From Capsulimonadales bacterium (GTDB lineage: Bacteria > Armatimonadota > Armatimonadia > Armatimonadales > Armatimonadaceae), in NCBI GenBank assembly GCA_033762295.1, contig JANRLW010000004.1, positions 1 through 42,171 on the forward strand: a DNA stretch of 42,171 nt, written 5' to 3'. Below, one piece after another: positions 19,695 to 31,100 of the stretch. The notes beneath the pieces were generated by a model. The model saw only the letters and a list, made by a program, of their open reading frames with translations, ran no database searches and was not told where the DNA came from. Position numbers and translations under genes: made by a program. Numbering within the stretch: the stretch's first letter is position 1; each line of letters begins with the position of its first letter.

Positions 19695-19727
19695 AACGGG
19701 CCGCGAAACGTCTCTTCGCGGCCCGTT
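19695..19727 (-). terminator. Perfect 13-bp hairpin, probable terminator downstream of the pentapeptide gene
   Basis: AACGGGCCGCGAA-7nt-TTCGCGGCCCGTT; U-tract is weak. Confidence 0.5.
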
Positions 19728-19772
19728 CGGTGTCATCGGTGTCGGTTGTGGCCGACCGCGATCGGGAAGGAG

Positions 19773-21353
19773 TCAGCGTCCTTTCATCAGGTCGGTCACA
19801 CCCAGAAGGTCGGAGTTGGTCACCTCGGCGGGGCGAGGTCGGCCATTTTCACGAACCTGTACGCTCGGACCGCCGTTTCGAGCGGGGATGCCGTTCGGAA
19901 GACTTTTTTCGCGGAGGGCGGTACCGCCGGTCGTCGCCGGTATCTCCTCAGCGACCCGGCCGGAGGCGCGTCGTTTGAGTTCGGCGATTTTCTCGGCAGC
20001 CGACAACCCGACCGCACCGTTGACCATTTCCGTCGCCGGCAGAGGGGTCGGCGCGGACTCGACCAGTGCCGACAGCTTCGGGCCATGGATCTTGGCCATC
20101 ATCTCATCGGTCAGGCCGTTGTCGTTGTCATCGTCCGGAACGATCGCTTCCTCCTCGGGTTCCGGCTGCGGGAAGTTCAGGGTCAGCCACTGAAGGATCG
20201 CCTGACCGGGGGTGCCACGCCAGGAGTTCGCGGAGGCGTTCCACCAGTCCGCTTCACGGAGCATCGCGCGGAGTTGGGGGCGGTTCTTGTCGTCGAGCGT
20301 CGCGTTATACAACTCCGCACCGAAGAGATAGGACTGTGCCAGGTCGGCAGCCAGGAGGTTGGCGCCTTCCAGGTTGGCGCCTTCCAGGTGGGCTTTCGCC
20401 AGAATGCAACCGGGCAACTGGGTTCCGCACAGTCTGGCGCCGACCAGGAAGACTCCGTACAGGTACAGGCGTCGCGTGTTGCGCCATTCCTCGAAAGCGC
20501 GGGAGGACGCTTCGGACTCGGGCGGCGGCGGCGTCAGGGCATGCAGGGCATTCGCCAGGGCATCACGGGCGTCCAGGAGGCGGGCGCCGCGCACGGCGAG
20601 CGTGTCGATCAGCGTATTGTTGCCGCTGGCGGCCGGTTCGCCGAAGGTCGCTTGCGCGATCCGCAGGGCCGCCTGACGATCGCGCAGGGCTTCGACTTCG
20701 GGGTCCTGCGCCAGAGTGATCAGACACCGCAGGGTCGCTTCCTTGTTGGCGGAGAAGGAGAGGAAGCCGAGGAGCGGGGGTAGAGCGCGTTCCTCCGCGC
20801 CATGCTTTGCCAGATAACGTCCCAGGGTGTCGGTGAAGGCGCGCAGGGCGGCGCGGTTGGCTTCCGCCAGCGCCTGGATCAGGACGTACAGCATCCGCTG
20901 TCCGCCTTCACGGGCGAACTGAATCAGGGCATTCAGAGCGACACGAATCTCGTAACGAACGGCCGGATGTTCCTCCAGCGGAACTGCCGCCGCCAGACAG
21001 TTGGCCGCCGGTGCAAAAAACGGGTATTTCTCGGACATCAGCGCCCCGGAGTTGCCCTGCAGCTGTTTCAGCGCCAGATCGGTAAGGCAGCGCGCCCCGT
21101 AAATACGCATCACCGGGTTGCTGGCGTCGCCGACCCGATAAAGAGCCTGCGCCAGTTCGTTATTCAACGCATGTCGTTCCCACCGATCATCCTCATATTT
21201 CCAGCGTTCTTCGAACCGTGCGAAATCCATGGACGGCGGAACATCGGAGGCGGGCGTCACAGGGGGGGCGCCCTGGGTGCCGGGAGGGGATATGGCAGAG
21301 TTATTTATATTGTTTATCGGTGATTTTTCGTTTCGGTCGCCCCAGATTCGCAT
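19773..21353 (-). CDS. Helical protein with short pentapeptide-repeat segment
   Basis: ARLCG TQLPG CILAK AHLEG ANLEG ANLLA ADLAQ SYLFG AELYN; AGGAG upstream of ATG 21353. Confidence 0.75.
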   Translation of the reverse strand: MRIWGDRNEKSPINNINNSAISPPGTQGAPPVTPASDVPPSMDFARFEERWKYEDDRWERHALNNELAQALYRVGDASNPVMRIYGARCLTDLALKQLQGNSGALMSEKYPFFAPAANCLAAAVPLEEHPAVRYEIRVALNALIQFAREGGQRMLYVLIQALAEANRAALRAFTDTLGRYLAKHGAEERALPPLLGFLSFSANKEATLRCLITLAQDPEVEALRDRQAALRIAQATFGEPAASGNNTLIDTLAVRGARLLDARDALANALHALTPPPPESEASSRAFEEWRNTRRLYLYGVFLVGARLCGTQLPGCILAKAHLEGANLEGANLLAADLAQSYLFGAELYNATLDDKNRPQLRAMLREADWWNASANSWRGTPGQAILQWLTLNFPQPEPEEEAIVPDDDNDNGLTDEMMAKIHGPKLSALVESAPTPLPATEMVNGAVGLSAAEKIAELKRRASGRVAEEIPATTGGTALREKSLPNGIPARNGGPSVQVRENGRPRPAEVTNSDLLGVTDLMKGR

Positions 21354-21464
21354 TATGTTATCTCCTGAGAATGGCCGGATTAAGCCTACCCCAATATCTG
21401 CAATTTCCATGCCGACCGCCGAAGATTCCCATATAAATACGGGGCACCTTAACGGTGTTCGAAT

Positions 21465-22292
21465 TCAGAGCGCGGCGGGTGCGTCGGAGGACCCGGAGCG
21501 TAAAACCAGAACCGCCAGCGTGAGCAGATACGGGAGCAGGGCCAGCAGATCCGTCGGCACCAGAGCCGCAAATCCGGCGGTTTGCAGTGAAAGTTGCAGC
21601 GCATCGCCAAAGCCGAAGATCACGGCCGCGAGAGCGACGACCGGCGGATTCCAGCGGCCGAATATGACGGCGGCGAGAGCGATATAACCGCGACCCGCCG
21701 TCATATTCTCGGTAAATGCTCCCAATCCCGTCAGGGCAAGTGAGACTCCTCCGAGTCCTGCGAGAAGCCCGGAGACCGCGCAAGCGCCCCAGCGTAGCCG
21801 GGCGACAGAGAGGCCGGCCGCCTCGGCGGCCTGTGGATTCTCGCCGCAGGAGCGCAGACGCAACCCTAACGCCGTATGAAACAGAACGACCCGGACGGAT
21901 ACCGTCGCCGCCAGAGCGACGACGGTCAGGAGCAGATCGGGAACGGTCGCCGTCGTGGCCCACCCCTCCGGGCGGAGTCGGACCGCGAACGTGGTCAGGC
22001 CCGCCAGACCCAGATTGAGCGCGACACCGGACAGGACGCCGGGAACACGCCAGACCTGGGTCGCGGCGGCATGCAGTAAGCCGACCAGCAGTCCCGCCGC
22101 CGCTCCGGCCAGAAGTCCGGCGACCCCGCCCAGAACGGACGCCACCGCTACGGAGACGAACGCGCCCGCAAGCATCATCGCTTCCAGCCCCAGAGCGATG
22201 ACCCCGGCGCGTTCGGAAACGACCCCGCCCAGAGCGGCGAAGATCAATGGCGTGGACAGACGAAGAGTCGCCAGCAAGAGTGCTACTATCAA
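21465..22292 (-). CDS. ABC transporter permease (nucleoside/simple sugar type, NupC-like)
   Basis: TPLIFAALGGVVSERAGV..GLE, GLRLRSCGENP.AA, MTAGRGYIALAAVIFGRWNP; TTGA overlap with the upstream gene. Confidence 0.9.
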   Translation of the reverse strand: MIVALLLATLRLSTPLIFAALGGVVSERAGVIALGLEAMMLAGAFVSVAVASVLGGVAGLLAGAAAGLLVGLLHAAATQVWRVPGVLSGVALNLGLAGLTTFAVRLRPEGWATTATVPDLLLTVVALAATVSVRVVLFHTALGLRLRSCGENPQAAEAAGLSVARLRWGACAVSGLLAGLGGVSLALTGLGAFTENMTAGRGYIALAAVIFGRWNPPVVALAAVIFGFGDALQLSLQTAGFAALVPTDLLALLPYLLTLAVLVLRSGSSDAPAAL

Positions 22293-23344
22293 ACCTCGCT
22301 CCCCTTTTTCCGGGCGGCGACCGCCAGAATCAGGATCGCCTGGACGACGGCAATCACCTGTTTGGGTGTCTCCGTGTCGAAGGCCATCGCCTCCCCGCCC
22401 GCCGAAAGCGCGCCGAAAAGCAGGGCGGAGGGCAATAACGCCAGAGCGGCGAACAACGTGCGAGGAAACCCCGCGCCCGCGACCAGCAGAGCGACCGTCA
22501 GCCCGTCGAACCCGTAACCGATCCCGTAGAAGTCCGCGGGAAAGCGGCGGAACGGCGTTTCGCCAAGGACCGTCACCGCACCTGCCGCCCCGCACAACGC
22601 GCCGGACACGACGAACGCCACCCTGCGGACGCGATCCGGCGAAATTCCGGCGACCCGCGCCGCGTCGATTCCCTGACCGACCGCCCGGAACTCGAAACCG
22701 GGGACGGTTCGAAAAAGAGCGATCAGGCAGGCGACGGCGAGGCTCAGGGCGATCGGCAGGCCGAAATGGACATCGTACGACGGAAGAAGACGGGGCAGCC
22801 AGACGACGGTTTCAGCGGTCTGCGGGGCCTGTCCGGCGGCGTCCTTCGCCGGACCGGAGGCGAAAAAGTGCGTCAGATTCCCGGCAATATAGTTGAATAG
22901 CAACGCGGTAATGACCTCATGAACGCCGCGCCGTTCGCGGAGAAGAATCGGCGGCAACGCCCAGACCGCCCCGCCGACCATGCCGCCGACCAGAGCCAGC
23001 GGCAGAAGTACGATCGGGGGAACGCCCGGTATCGCCGCCAGCAGGGCGGCGGTCAGTGCGCCGACCGCCATCTGGCCCTCCCCACCGATGTTGAATCGTC
23101 CGGTGGCCAGCGCCAGAAAGACAGCCGATCCGGTCAGAAGCAGTGGGGTGGTCAGGCGCAGCGTGTCATCCCATCCGGACGGACTGCCGACCGCTCCCCG
23201 AAGCAGGGAGGCAAACGCCGCGATCGGCGCAGCCGGATCGTGCCGCACGAGAGCGATCAGGAGGCCGCCCGGAAGGAGGGCGATCGAGAGCGAGAGAAGC
23301 GGACGCAGAAGAGCGAGGAGTGGCCGGAAAAAACGTTCGGTCAT
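22289..23344 (-). CDS. ABC transporter permease (NupB-like)
   Basis: TPLLLTG, FNIGGEGQ, HEVITALLFNYIA, GFEFRAVG, GYGFDGLTVALL. Confidence 0.9.
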   Translation of the reverse strand: MTERFFRPLLALLRPLLSLSIALLPGGLLIALVRHDPAAPIAAFASLLRGAVGSPSGWDDTLRLTTPLLLTGSAVFLALATGRFNIGGEGQMAVGALTAALLAAIPGVPPIVLLPLALVGGMVGGAVWALPPILLRERRGVHEVITALLFNYIAGNLTHFFASGPAKDAAGQAPQTAETVVWLPRLLPSYDVHFGLPIALSLAVACLIALFRTVPGFEFRAVGQGIDAARVAGISPDRVRRVAFVVSGALCGAAGAVTVLGETPFRRFPADFYGIGYGFDGLTVALLVAGAGFPRTLFAALALLPSALLFGALSAGGEAMAFDTETPKQVIAVVQAILILAVAARKKGSEV

Positions 23345-24897
23345 GCGTCGGTCTCCGCGCCGGTCATCCAGCGACCGATCCGTTCCAGGGTGGCCTCGCG
23401 CCGCGCGGTCATCCCGGAAACCCGGCCGGCACGGAGAACGACGATACGGTCCGACAGGCTCAGCAACTCCTCCGGGTCGACGCTTTGAAGAAGGACCGCG
23501 CAGCCTCGCTCCCGCTCACGGACGAGGGTCGACCGAACGAAGGCGGTCGCGGCAAAATCCAGGCCCCGTGTGGGCTGTGCCGCAATAAGGAGGGCCGGTT
23601 GCCGGGAGAGTTCGCGAGCCAGTACCAGCTTCTGCTGGTTTCCCCCGGACAGATGACGCAGGGCCAGATGCGGCGCCGCCCCGCGAACGTCGAAGGCTTT
23701 GACCTGTTCGTGGAAGAAAACGGCCATTTCCGGTGCGCGAAGGAAGGACGCAAGGCCCCGGAAGCGGCGGGTACGTTGTTGCCCGAGGATCAGGTTCTCG
23801 GCACAGGAGAGCGGGGGAACGATCGCCTGCCGGTGCCGGTCCGGCGGAACGAAGCCCATGCCGGCCTCGCGCCGTTCGGCCACGGAAAGCCCGGCAACGT
23901 CCTGTCCTCGGAAAAGAATTTGCCCCGAGGCGATGCCTCTCAAACCCAGGATCGCTTCGAGCAGTTCCGTTTCGCCGGAACCCTCCACGGCGGCAATCCC
24001 CACGATTTCGCCCGGATGCACGATCAGCGAAACATCGCGGACGGCGTCGTTGCCCCGATCGCTCCCGACGGTCAGGTGTCGGATTTCCAGGATTGGCGCG
24101 GACGGCTCGGTGGGAGCGGTCGATGGTTCTCCGGTTGCATCGGAGGGAAGGAGGGTATCGTCGCCCACCATGGCCCGCGCCAGAACGGTCGGGTTCGTTT
24201 CGGACGTCGGAGCGGTCAGGACGCGTCGCCCGAGACGGAGCACGGTCACGGTGTCGGCGTGCGCCATCACATCGTCCAGATGATGGGTCACGAAAACGAC
24301 CGTCGTTCCGGAGGCCGAAAGTCGCCGGACGCCCTGCCAGAGTTCGCGCGCTTCGTCCGGTGTGAGGACGGCGGTCGGCTCGTCCAGAATCAGAACCCGT
24401 GCCCGACGGTAGAGCGCCTTCAGAATCTCCACCCGCTGTCGGGCGGCGACGGTGAGATCGGCAACACGGGACTCGGGATCGATCGGCAGTCCCTGGGCGC
24501 GTGCGAGGTCCGCGACCAGAGCGGACGCGCGCCGTCGATCGAACCGACCGTGCGCGACGGCGGCGCGCTCGTCCCCGAGGAGAATGTTTTCCGCAACGGT
24601 GAAGGAGTCGATCAGTTCGAAGTGCTGCTGCACCATCCCGATCCCCTGGCGCATGGCGTCCGCCGGGGATCGAAAACGGACGGGTTGTCCGTCGAGTCGA
24701 ATCTCCCCGGCGGTCGGCGCCCGGAGACCGAAAAGCACCCGCATCAGGGTGGACTTCCCCGCCCCGTTTTCGCCGACCACGGCATGGCGTTCCCCCGGTC
24801 GAAGCACCAGATCGACCGCATCCACGGCGTTCGTTTGGCCGAACGTCACCCGGATTTTTTCAAGACGGATTTCAGGAGCGCGCACGGGGGAAGACAT
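23341..24897 (-). CDS. ABC transporter ATP-binding protein with two ABC domains (NupA-like)
   Basis: GENGAGKST, LILDEPTAVL, LSGGNQQK, QPTRGLD; start ATG 24897. Confidence 0.93.
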   Translation of the reverse strand: MSSPVRAPEIRLEKIRVTFGQTNAVDAVDLVLRPGERHAVVGENGAGKSTLMRVLFGLRAPTAGEIRLDGQPVRFRSPADAMRQGIGMVQQHFELIDSFTVAENILLGDERAAVAHGRFDRRRASALVADLARAQGLPIDPESRVADLTVAARQRVEILKALYRRARVLILDEPTAVLTPDEARELWQGVRRLSASGTTVVFVTHHLDDVMAHADTVTVLRLGRRVLTAPTSETNPTVLARAMVGDDTLLPSDATGEPSTAPTEPSAPILEIRHLTVGSDRGNDAVRDVSLIVHPGEIVGIAAVEGSGETELLEAILGLRGIASGQILFRGQDVAGLSVAERREAGMGFVPPDRHRQAIVPPLSCAENLILGQQRTRRFRGLASFLRAPEMAVFFHEQVKAFDVRGAAPHLALRHLSGGNQQKLVLARELSRQPALLIAAQPTRGLDFAATAFVRSTLVRERERGCAVLLQSVDPEELLSLSDRIVVLRAGRVSGMTARREATLERIGRWMTGAETDA

Positions 24898-24903
24898 CGG
24901 AGG

Positions 24904-24932
24904 ATTATAGTCCGACCCGCCTCTCCTGTCAA
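24904..24932 (-). promoter_or_regulatory. Consensus sigma70 promoter for the ABC operon
   Basis: On the minus strand TTGACA-17nt-TATAAT, then 6 nt to the ATG. Confidence 0.85.
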
Positions 24933-25050
24933 ATGGGTGAAGTCTTCCCCGTTTCACCTTCCGTGACCGCGCTGTCAGCACCGGATGCCTGCACAGAACT
25001 GTATCCCTGCCTGTCTCCGACTGGCGAAAGGGCGTCGAATAAATTCCATC

Positions 25051-25079
25051 TTGATGACGAGCGAGCTTCCGGCTAGAAT
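25051..25079 (+). promoter_or_regulatory. Candidate sigma70 promoter for the giant Rhs gene
   Basis: TTGATG-17nt-TAGAAT, 60 nt before ATG 25140. Confidence 0.55.
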
Positions 25080-25139
25080 GGCGAGGTCGTTCGCCAGGTC
25101 GCTTCCACACCCTTGGCCTGTCGATTCCGGGAGAAGAGA

Positions 25140-28100
25140 ATGCCCGTCCGTCCGTCCGCCCTGTCCTTCGGTGAACGAAAAACGGAAACCGTTCCGGTAA
25201 CCATCCGGAGGATCACGGTCGCCCTCGCGTGGCTGTTCTGGTCGTTCCTGAGCCTCGGGTCGGCGGCGGCGCAAACGGCGTCCGCATCGAACCTCGGGGT
25301 GGCCAACGACTACAACCTTTTCGTGCTCGAGGATGTCAGCCAGAGCGGAAGCGATACCGAGGGACGCATGGCCGTGGGCGGGAAACTGACCCTCTCCTCC
25401 TACGATGTTGCGAGCCTCATGGGCGACGGCGCCGGGGTCCATCTGGTCATCAGTACCGGCCCCTTCGAAATGACCTACGGTCGAATTCGTGGCAGCCTGA
25501 TCTCCGACGGTCCGATCAAACTGCACAATCCCACGGCCCTTGGAAATGTCTCCGGCAACGGCAGCGTCGCTTTCGACCAGTACGGTACGGTCAGCGGCAA
25601 TGTGACCTACGGCACCACCTTTTCCAACCACCCCGGAAGCCGCACCACGATCTCCGGCACGGTGACCCGGAGGACGGTGTCCCTGCCGTTCTCATTCGCC
25701 GCCGTTCGGGCGGACCTCCATTCCCTGACCGATCGCCTCAGAAGCGCTCCGGCCACAGGCACGGTGCAGGTACGTTACGGCGGCATTACCTGCGTCGGTA
25801 ACCGGGCAGGGTTAAACGTTTTCAACGTCAACGGCACGGACCTGGCGAACTGTAACAGCCTGACCATTAACGTGCCATCGAACGCGACCGCGGTTTTGAA
25901 CGTTTCCGGCACGAACAACCGCATGCGGAACTTCGGATTCACCCTGCTGGGAGGGGCGGACCGGACACGAATCCTGTACAACTTTCCTGAAACGACCACT
26001 CTGACGTTCTCCGGAATCGGCATTCAGGGAAGCGTGCTGGCGCCTCGGGCGGCACTGACCTTCAGCAACGGCGTTTTGAACGGCACGCTCATCTGCAAGA
26101 GTCTGACGGGTCCGGGGCAGATGAACCTGGCCACCTTCACCGGCGATCTGACCACCGGGTCCTCCGTGACCCTGGCGGGTCTGTCGGTACTCCCGTCGTC
26201 GGTGATCGGGGGGCAACAGACGGCCGTGGGAACGGTCACTCTGTCCGCCCCGGCTCCGTCGGGCGGTGCGTCGGTGTCGCTCTCATCGACGAACACGGCG
26301 GCTCAGGTTCCGACCGCGAGCGGTTCCGGCCTGTCGGGTAGCGTCCTGGTGGCGGCGGGGCAAACGAGCGCAACGTTCCCGATCGTGACGAGCGCCGTGA
26401 CGGTGACCACTCCGGTGACGATCTCCGCCTCGTACGGCGGGGTGGGAAAAAGCGCCCCACTGACGGTCAACCCGCCCCCGTTGCCGACCGTGCTTTCCCT
26501 GGTCGTCTCGCCCTCGTCGGTCGAAGGAGGCGCGTCCGCCACGGGGACCGTGACACTTTCGGCGACGGCGCCCACCGGTGGCGCGACGGTAGCGCTGACC
26601 GTTAACTCCACGAAGGTGACCGTGCCTGCGTCGGTTACGGTCCCGGCAGGGCAGACCCGCGCTACCTTCACCGTTTCCACCTCCCCGGTTTCGAACACGA
26701 CGACCGCTCTCCTCACCGGTAGTTATAATGCCACCTCGGCGTCCGCCCCGCTGACGATCACTCCGCCGACCCTGGCCGCGTTGTCGATCGCTCCGGAGAG
26801 CGTCAAAGGGGGCAAGACGGCGACCGGCACGGTGACGCTTTCCTCGGCCGCCCCGCCGGGCGGCTCGATCGTCCTGCTGTCGTCCGGCTCGGCGAAAGCG
26901 AAGGTCCCGGCGAGCGTCACCCTGGCCGCCGGCGCGACCTCGGGAACGTTCCCGATCACCACGGAGGGGGTGGCTACGGACACCCCGGTGACCGTCACCG
27001 GCACGATGAACGGCGTCAGCAAAGCCGCTTCCCTGACGATCGAGGCGCCCGATCTGGTTTCATTGACCGTGATTCCGTCCTCCGTGAAGGGGGGCGTTCA
27101 AAACGCGGGCGGCGTCCTTACCCTGGACACCGAAGCGCCCACCGGCGGTCTGGATATCCGGCTGACCAGCGACCGACCGGAGGCGCAGACGCCCGGGTCC
27201 GTCCGCGTACCGGCCGGCCGGAAGACCGCCGATTTCACCGTCACGACCGGGACGGTCACCGACCCGGTTACGGCGACCCTGACCGGAACCCTGAACGGCG
27301 TCGATACCGCCGCGACACTGGAAATCGAACCGGTACCCATTTCCCTGACCCTGACCGTCGCGCCCACACCACAGATCGGAGGACGGTCCTCGGTCGGAAC
27401 CGTCACCCTGTCGCGTGCCGCGCCCGCAGGTGGGACCGTGGTCGCGCTTTCCTCGGCGGACAGCGGCATCGCCACCGTTCCGACCAGCGTCACGGTTCCG
27501 GAGAGGGAAAAGACGGTCACCTTTCCCGTGACCACCAAACCCGTCGCCGTCGTGCGTCAGGTGGAACTGACCGGGACGGTGGGCGCGAACTCGGACTCCG
27601 CCGTTCTGGAAGTGACGCCGCCCCGATTGGTTTCGCTCACGGTCGATCCGAGCGTGCTCAAAGAGGGAAGTCAGGCGACCGGAACCGTGACCCTGTCCGG
27701 TCCCGCGCCCGAGGGCGGGATCACGGTCTCCCTCGATCGGAGCCTGCCGGCGCTTTCCCTGCCCGATACGGTGACGGTTCCCACCGGTTCGACCGAAGCG
27801 ACCTTTAAGTTGACGGCGGGCAACGTCACCGGAGACACGGTCGTCACCGTTTCGGCGACGCTCGGACCGGATACCGAAACCGCCACCGTCACGATACCGT
27901 ACGGCGAGGTCGACCTGCTGACCTTTGAGGTCACTCCGTCCGCCGTTTTCGGAGAGACCGATGCGACCGGCGTCGTTACCCTGACGAAGCCCGCTCCGGT
28001 AGGAGGCGTGACGGTCGCGCTGGCCAGCGACAACCCGGCGATCGCCCCGGTCCCGGCTCGCATCACCGTTCCGGCGGGGAGCGCGTCGGCCTCCTTTACG

Positions 28101-31100
28101 ATCACGACCGGACGGGTCACCGCGGTGACCGTCGTCACGCTTTCGGCGACGCTGGGGGCGACCACCCGGACCGCGAGTCTGACCGTGTCGCCGTATCCGT
28201 GCGAGGGCTACCTCCAGTACGGGGACGCCGACGTTCTCGGCACCGGAACTTATATCCGGGACCCGAAAACCGGGACCAACCTGATCAGTCTGTTGCCGGG
28301 GCAGATCACCGTCTCCTCGCTGTTACCGCTCCGGCATCTCTTTCCGTTTTCACCGGCCGCGAATGATTTTCCGGGTACCGACCGAATCTATGTCGGTAAC
28401 ACGCAAACCAATGTCCATGACGGGTATTCCAGCTCCTTACGAACAAAAGGGCCCCAGATCCTTACCCTCGATTACTCCTCGCTGGTACCGCCCCATCAGA
28501 CGATTACCCGGCTGACGCTGGGCATCGGCGCGGACGATTTCCAGTTCCCGCCGTTCCGTCAGCCGTTCATTGCCTCGATCAACGGTATCAGCCAGCCGAT
28601 CCTGACCGACTTCCTCAATCTTCTCGACCAGACCGGGCCGGTCGTCCAGTTTTTTACCATCGGGATCGATCCGGCCATCCTGACGCCGGACCATAAGCTG
28701 ACGCTGTCCATCGACCAGCTCGGGGATGGAGGAGACGGCTGGGCGATCGATTTTCTGACGGTCGGCGTTCGAACACAGTGCGGTCAGGCCGAGGTCGGCG
28801 TCCACCTGACGATCGCCCCGGCCCTGGTGGTCGGTGGTGCGCAGACCGCCACCGGTACGGTGACGCTGCGGGAGGTAGCCCCGCCGGGAGGAGCCGTCGT
28901 TCAACTGGTCACCACCAGTCCGCTCCTGACGGTCCCGCCCGCCGTACTCGTGCCCGCCGGCGAGCGGTCCGCCCGCTTTACGATCGAAACGTTGCCGGTG
29001 AGGCAGGCGACCCCGGCGACCGTGATCGCCAGCTACAACGGGGAGTCTCCGGCGACACTCCTGGTGGATGCCCCTCCGATTGTGCCGGTGCAGCTCATTG
29101 TGCAGCCGGCCAGCGTCCAGGGCGGCCAGCAGAACGCGACCGGAACGATCATCCTGACCCGTCCGGCACTGGCGCAGACCGTGGTTACCGTGAACCTGAC
29201 GAGCGGGAACCCGGAAGTCGCTTCGGTTCCGGCGGAGGTGATCGTCGGCAGCGGTTCGAATCAGGCCAGTTTCCCGATCACGACGAGGAGCGTCACGGCG
29301 GCGACCACGGTTCCGATCCGGGCGACGATGTACAACGGAACGGTCGAAGCGGAACTGGCGGTGCTGCCGGTCGGGGCCGTCGGCATCGTCGGCCTGACAA
29401 TCGCCCCGGAATCCGTACGGGGCGGCGCGTCGGCTGTCGGCACGATAACTCTCACCGGACCCGCCGGTGTGGGCGGGCAGCGGGTCTCGGTCTCGACCGG
29501 AAATCCGTTCCTCACGGTCCCGGCAGTGGTGACCGTACCGGCGGGCAGTACGACCGTCGCCTTCCCGATCAAAACGACCGCCGTGGCGACGACCGTGAGC
29601 GGGGAGGTAAGGGCGCGACTGCTCGATTCGCCCAATACGGCGATGGTAACGGCGATTCTGACCGTGCTTCCGCCCGAACTTCTCGGCCTGACGGTCAGTC
29701 CGACCACGGTTGCGGGAGGGCAGAGTGCGGTCGGGACCGTCACCCTTTCCTCGGCGGCTCCGTCTTCGGGCGTGGTGATCACGCTCAAATCGTCGCGGGG
29801 CGATGTCGCGCCGGTTCCCGCAACGGTTACCGTGCCCGGAAACGCGACCAGCGGAACCTTCGGCATCAACACGCGGACCACCCCGGCAAACGTCACGGCG
29901 ACCCTGAAGGCGACCCTGGAGGATTCGGAGAGAACGGCATCCCTCACGGTGACGACCGCCGGAGTCATGCCGCCAGGCGTCGCTATCACCGCCCCGACCG
30001 ATGGCGCGGCGATCCGGACCGCTCTGCCGGCGACGATTACGGTTGAGGCGACCGGCGCTCCGTCGACGGGGGGCACGATCGACCGGGTGGAACTCTATTC
30101 CGGCGACACTCTGCTGGGAATCATGGCTCCCGGCGAAGTCCCGGGAACCTTTACCCTGGCCTGGAGGAATGTCACGGCGGGCGACTATACGCTGTCGGCG
30201 CGTCTGACCGACAGTAACGGCCTGTTCGCCGTCTCCGCGCCGGTGCGGGTCGCGGTATCGGAGTCCCGGAACGTGACACCGACGCCGGTCATTTCTCCGG
30301 AAGGCGGCGCTTACTCCGGGTCGGTCACGGTCACCATAACCGATGCGGACCCGAACGCGACGATTCTTTATACGACCGACGGCTCGGACCCGTTGACGCG
30401 AGGCACGGTTTATACGACTGCTTTCACCATTGTCGATAGTCTGACCGTCCGGGCGGTCGCGGTCGACCCCGGCGCGGGGTTCCTGCCCAGCGCCGTCGCC
30501 AGCGAGAGTTACCTGATCGACAACGGGATACCGGGCAACCCGGACGGCGGGCTTTCCGTGGTGATGGACGCGCCGACGGACGGACAGACGGTCACCGAAC
30601 CGGGGGATATCATCGCGACCGTGACCGCGCCGACGTCCGGCGCCCTGTATCAGATCGCGGCGCGGCTCGCGGATCGCACCGGGACCAACGGGGGCTGGAC
30701 CGTTCTCGGCTCGGGGACGGTGGGAGGGGGAACGACGAGCGTCCGCGCCCCCTTCGATCCGACCCTGCTTCTCAACGGGCTTTACGAGGTTCGGGCGGTG
30801 GCGATCGGACGCGACCAGCGGCGTGCGGAGGATAGGTCGTCTTTTGTCGTCGAGGGCAACATGAAGATCGGCAACTTCAAGCTGGCCTTCAACGACCTGA
30901 CCATCCCGGTGCGCGGTATTCCGATCACGATCTCCCGGAGTTACGACAGCCTCGACAAACGCGTCGGCGACTTCGGTGTCGGCTGGACATTGCAGATGAC
31001 AAACATCCGTCTGCAAAAATCCTGTCCGATCGCCAACCACTGGGAGCAAAGCGGCACGGATTTCCTGTTCGGCAGCAAGTTCTACACGCTGGAGCAGACG

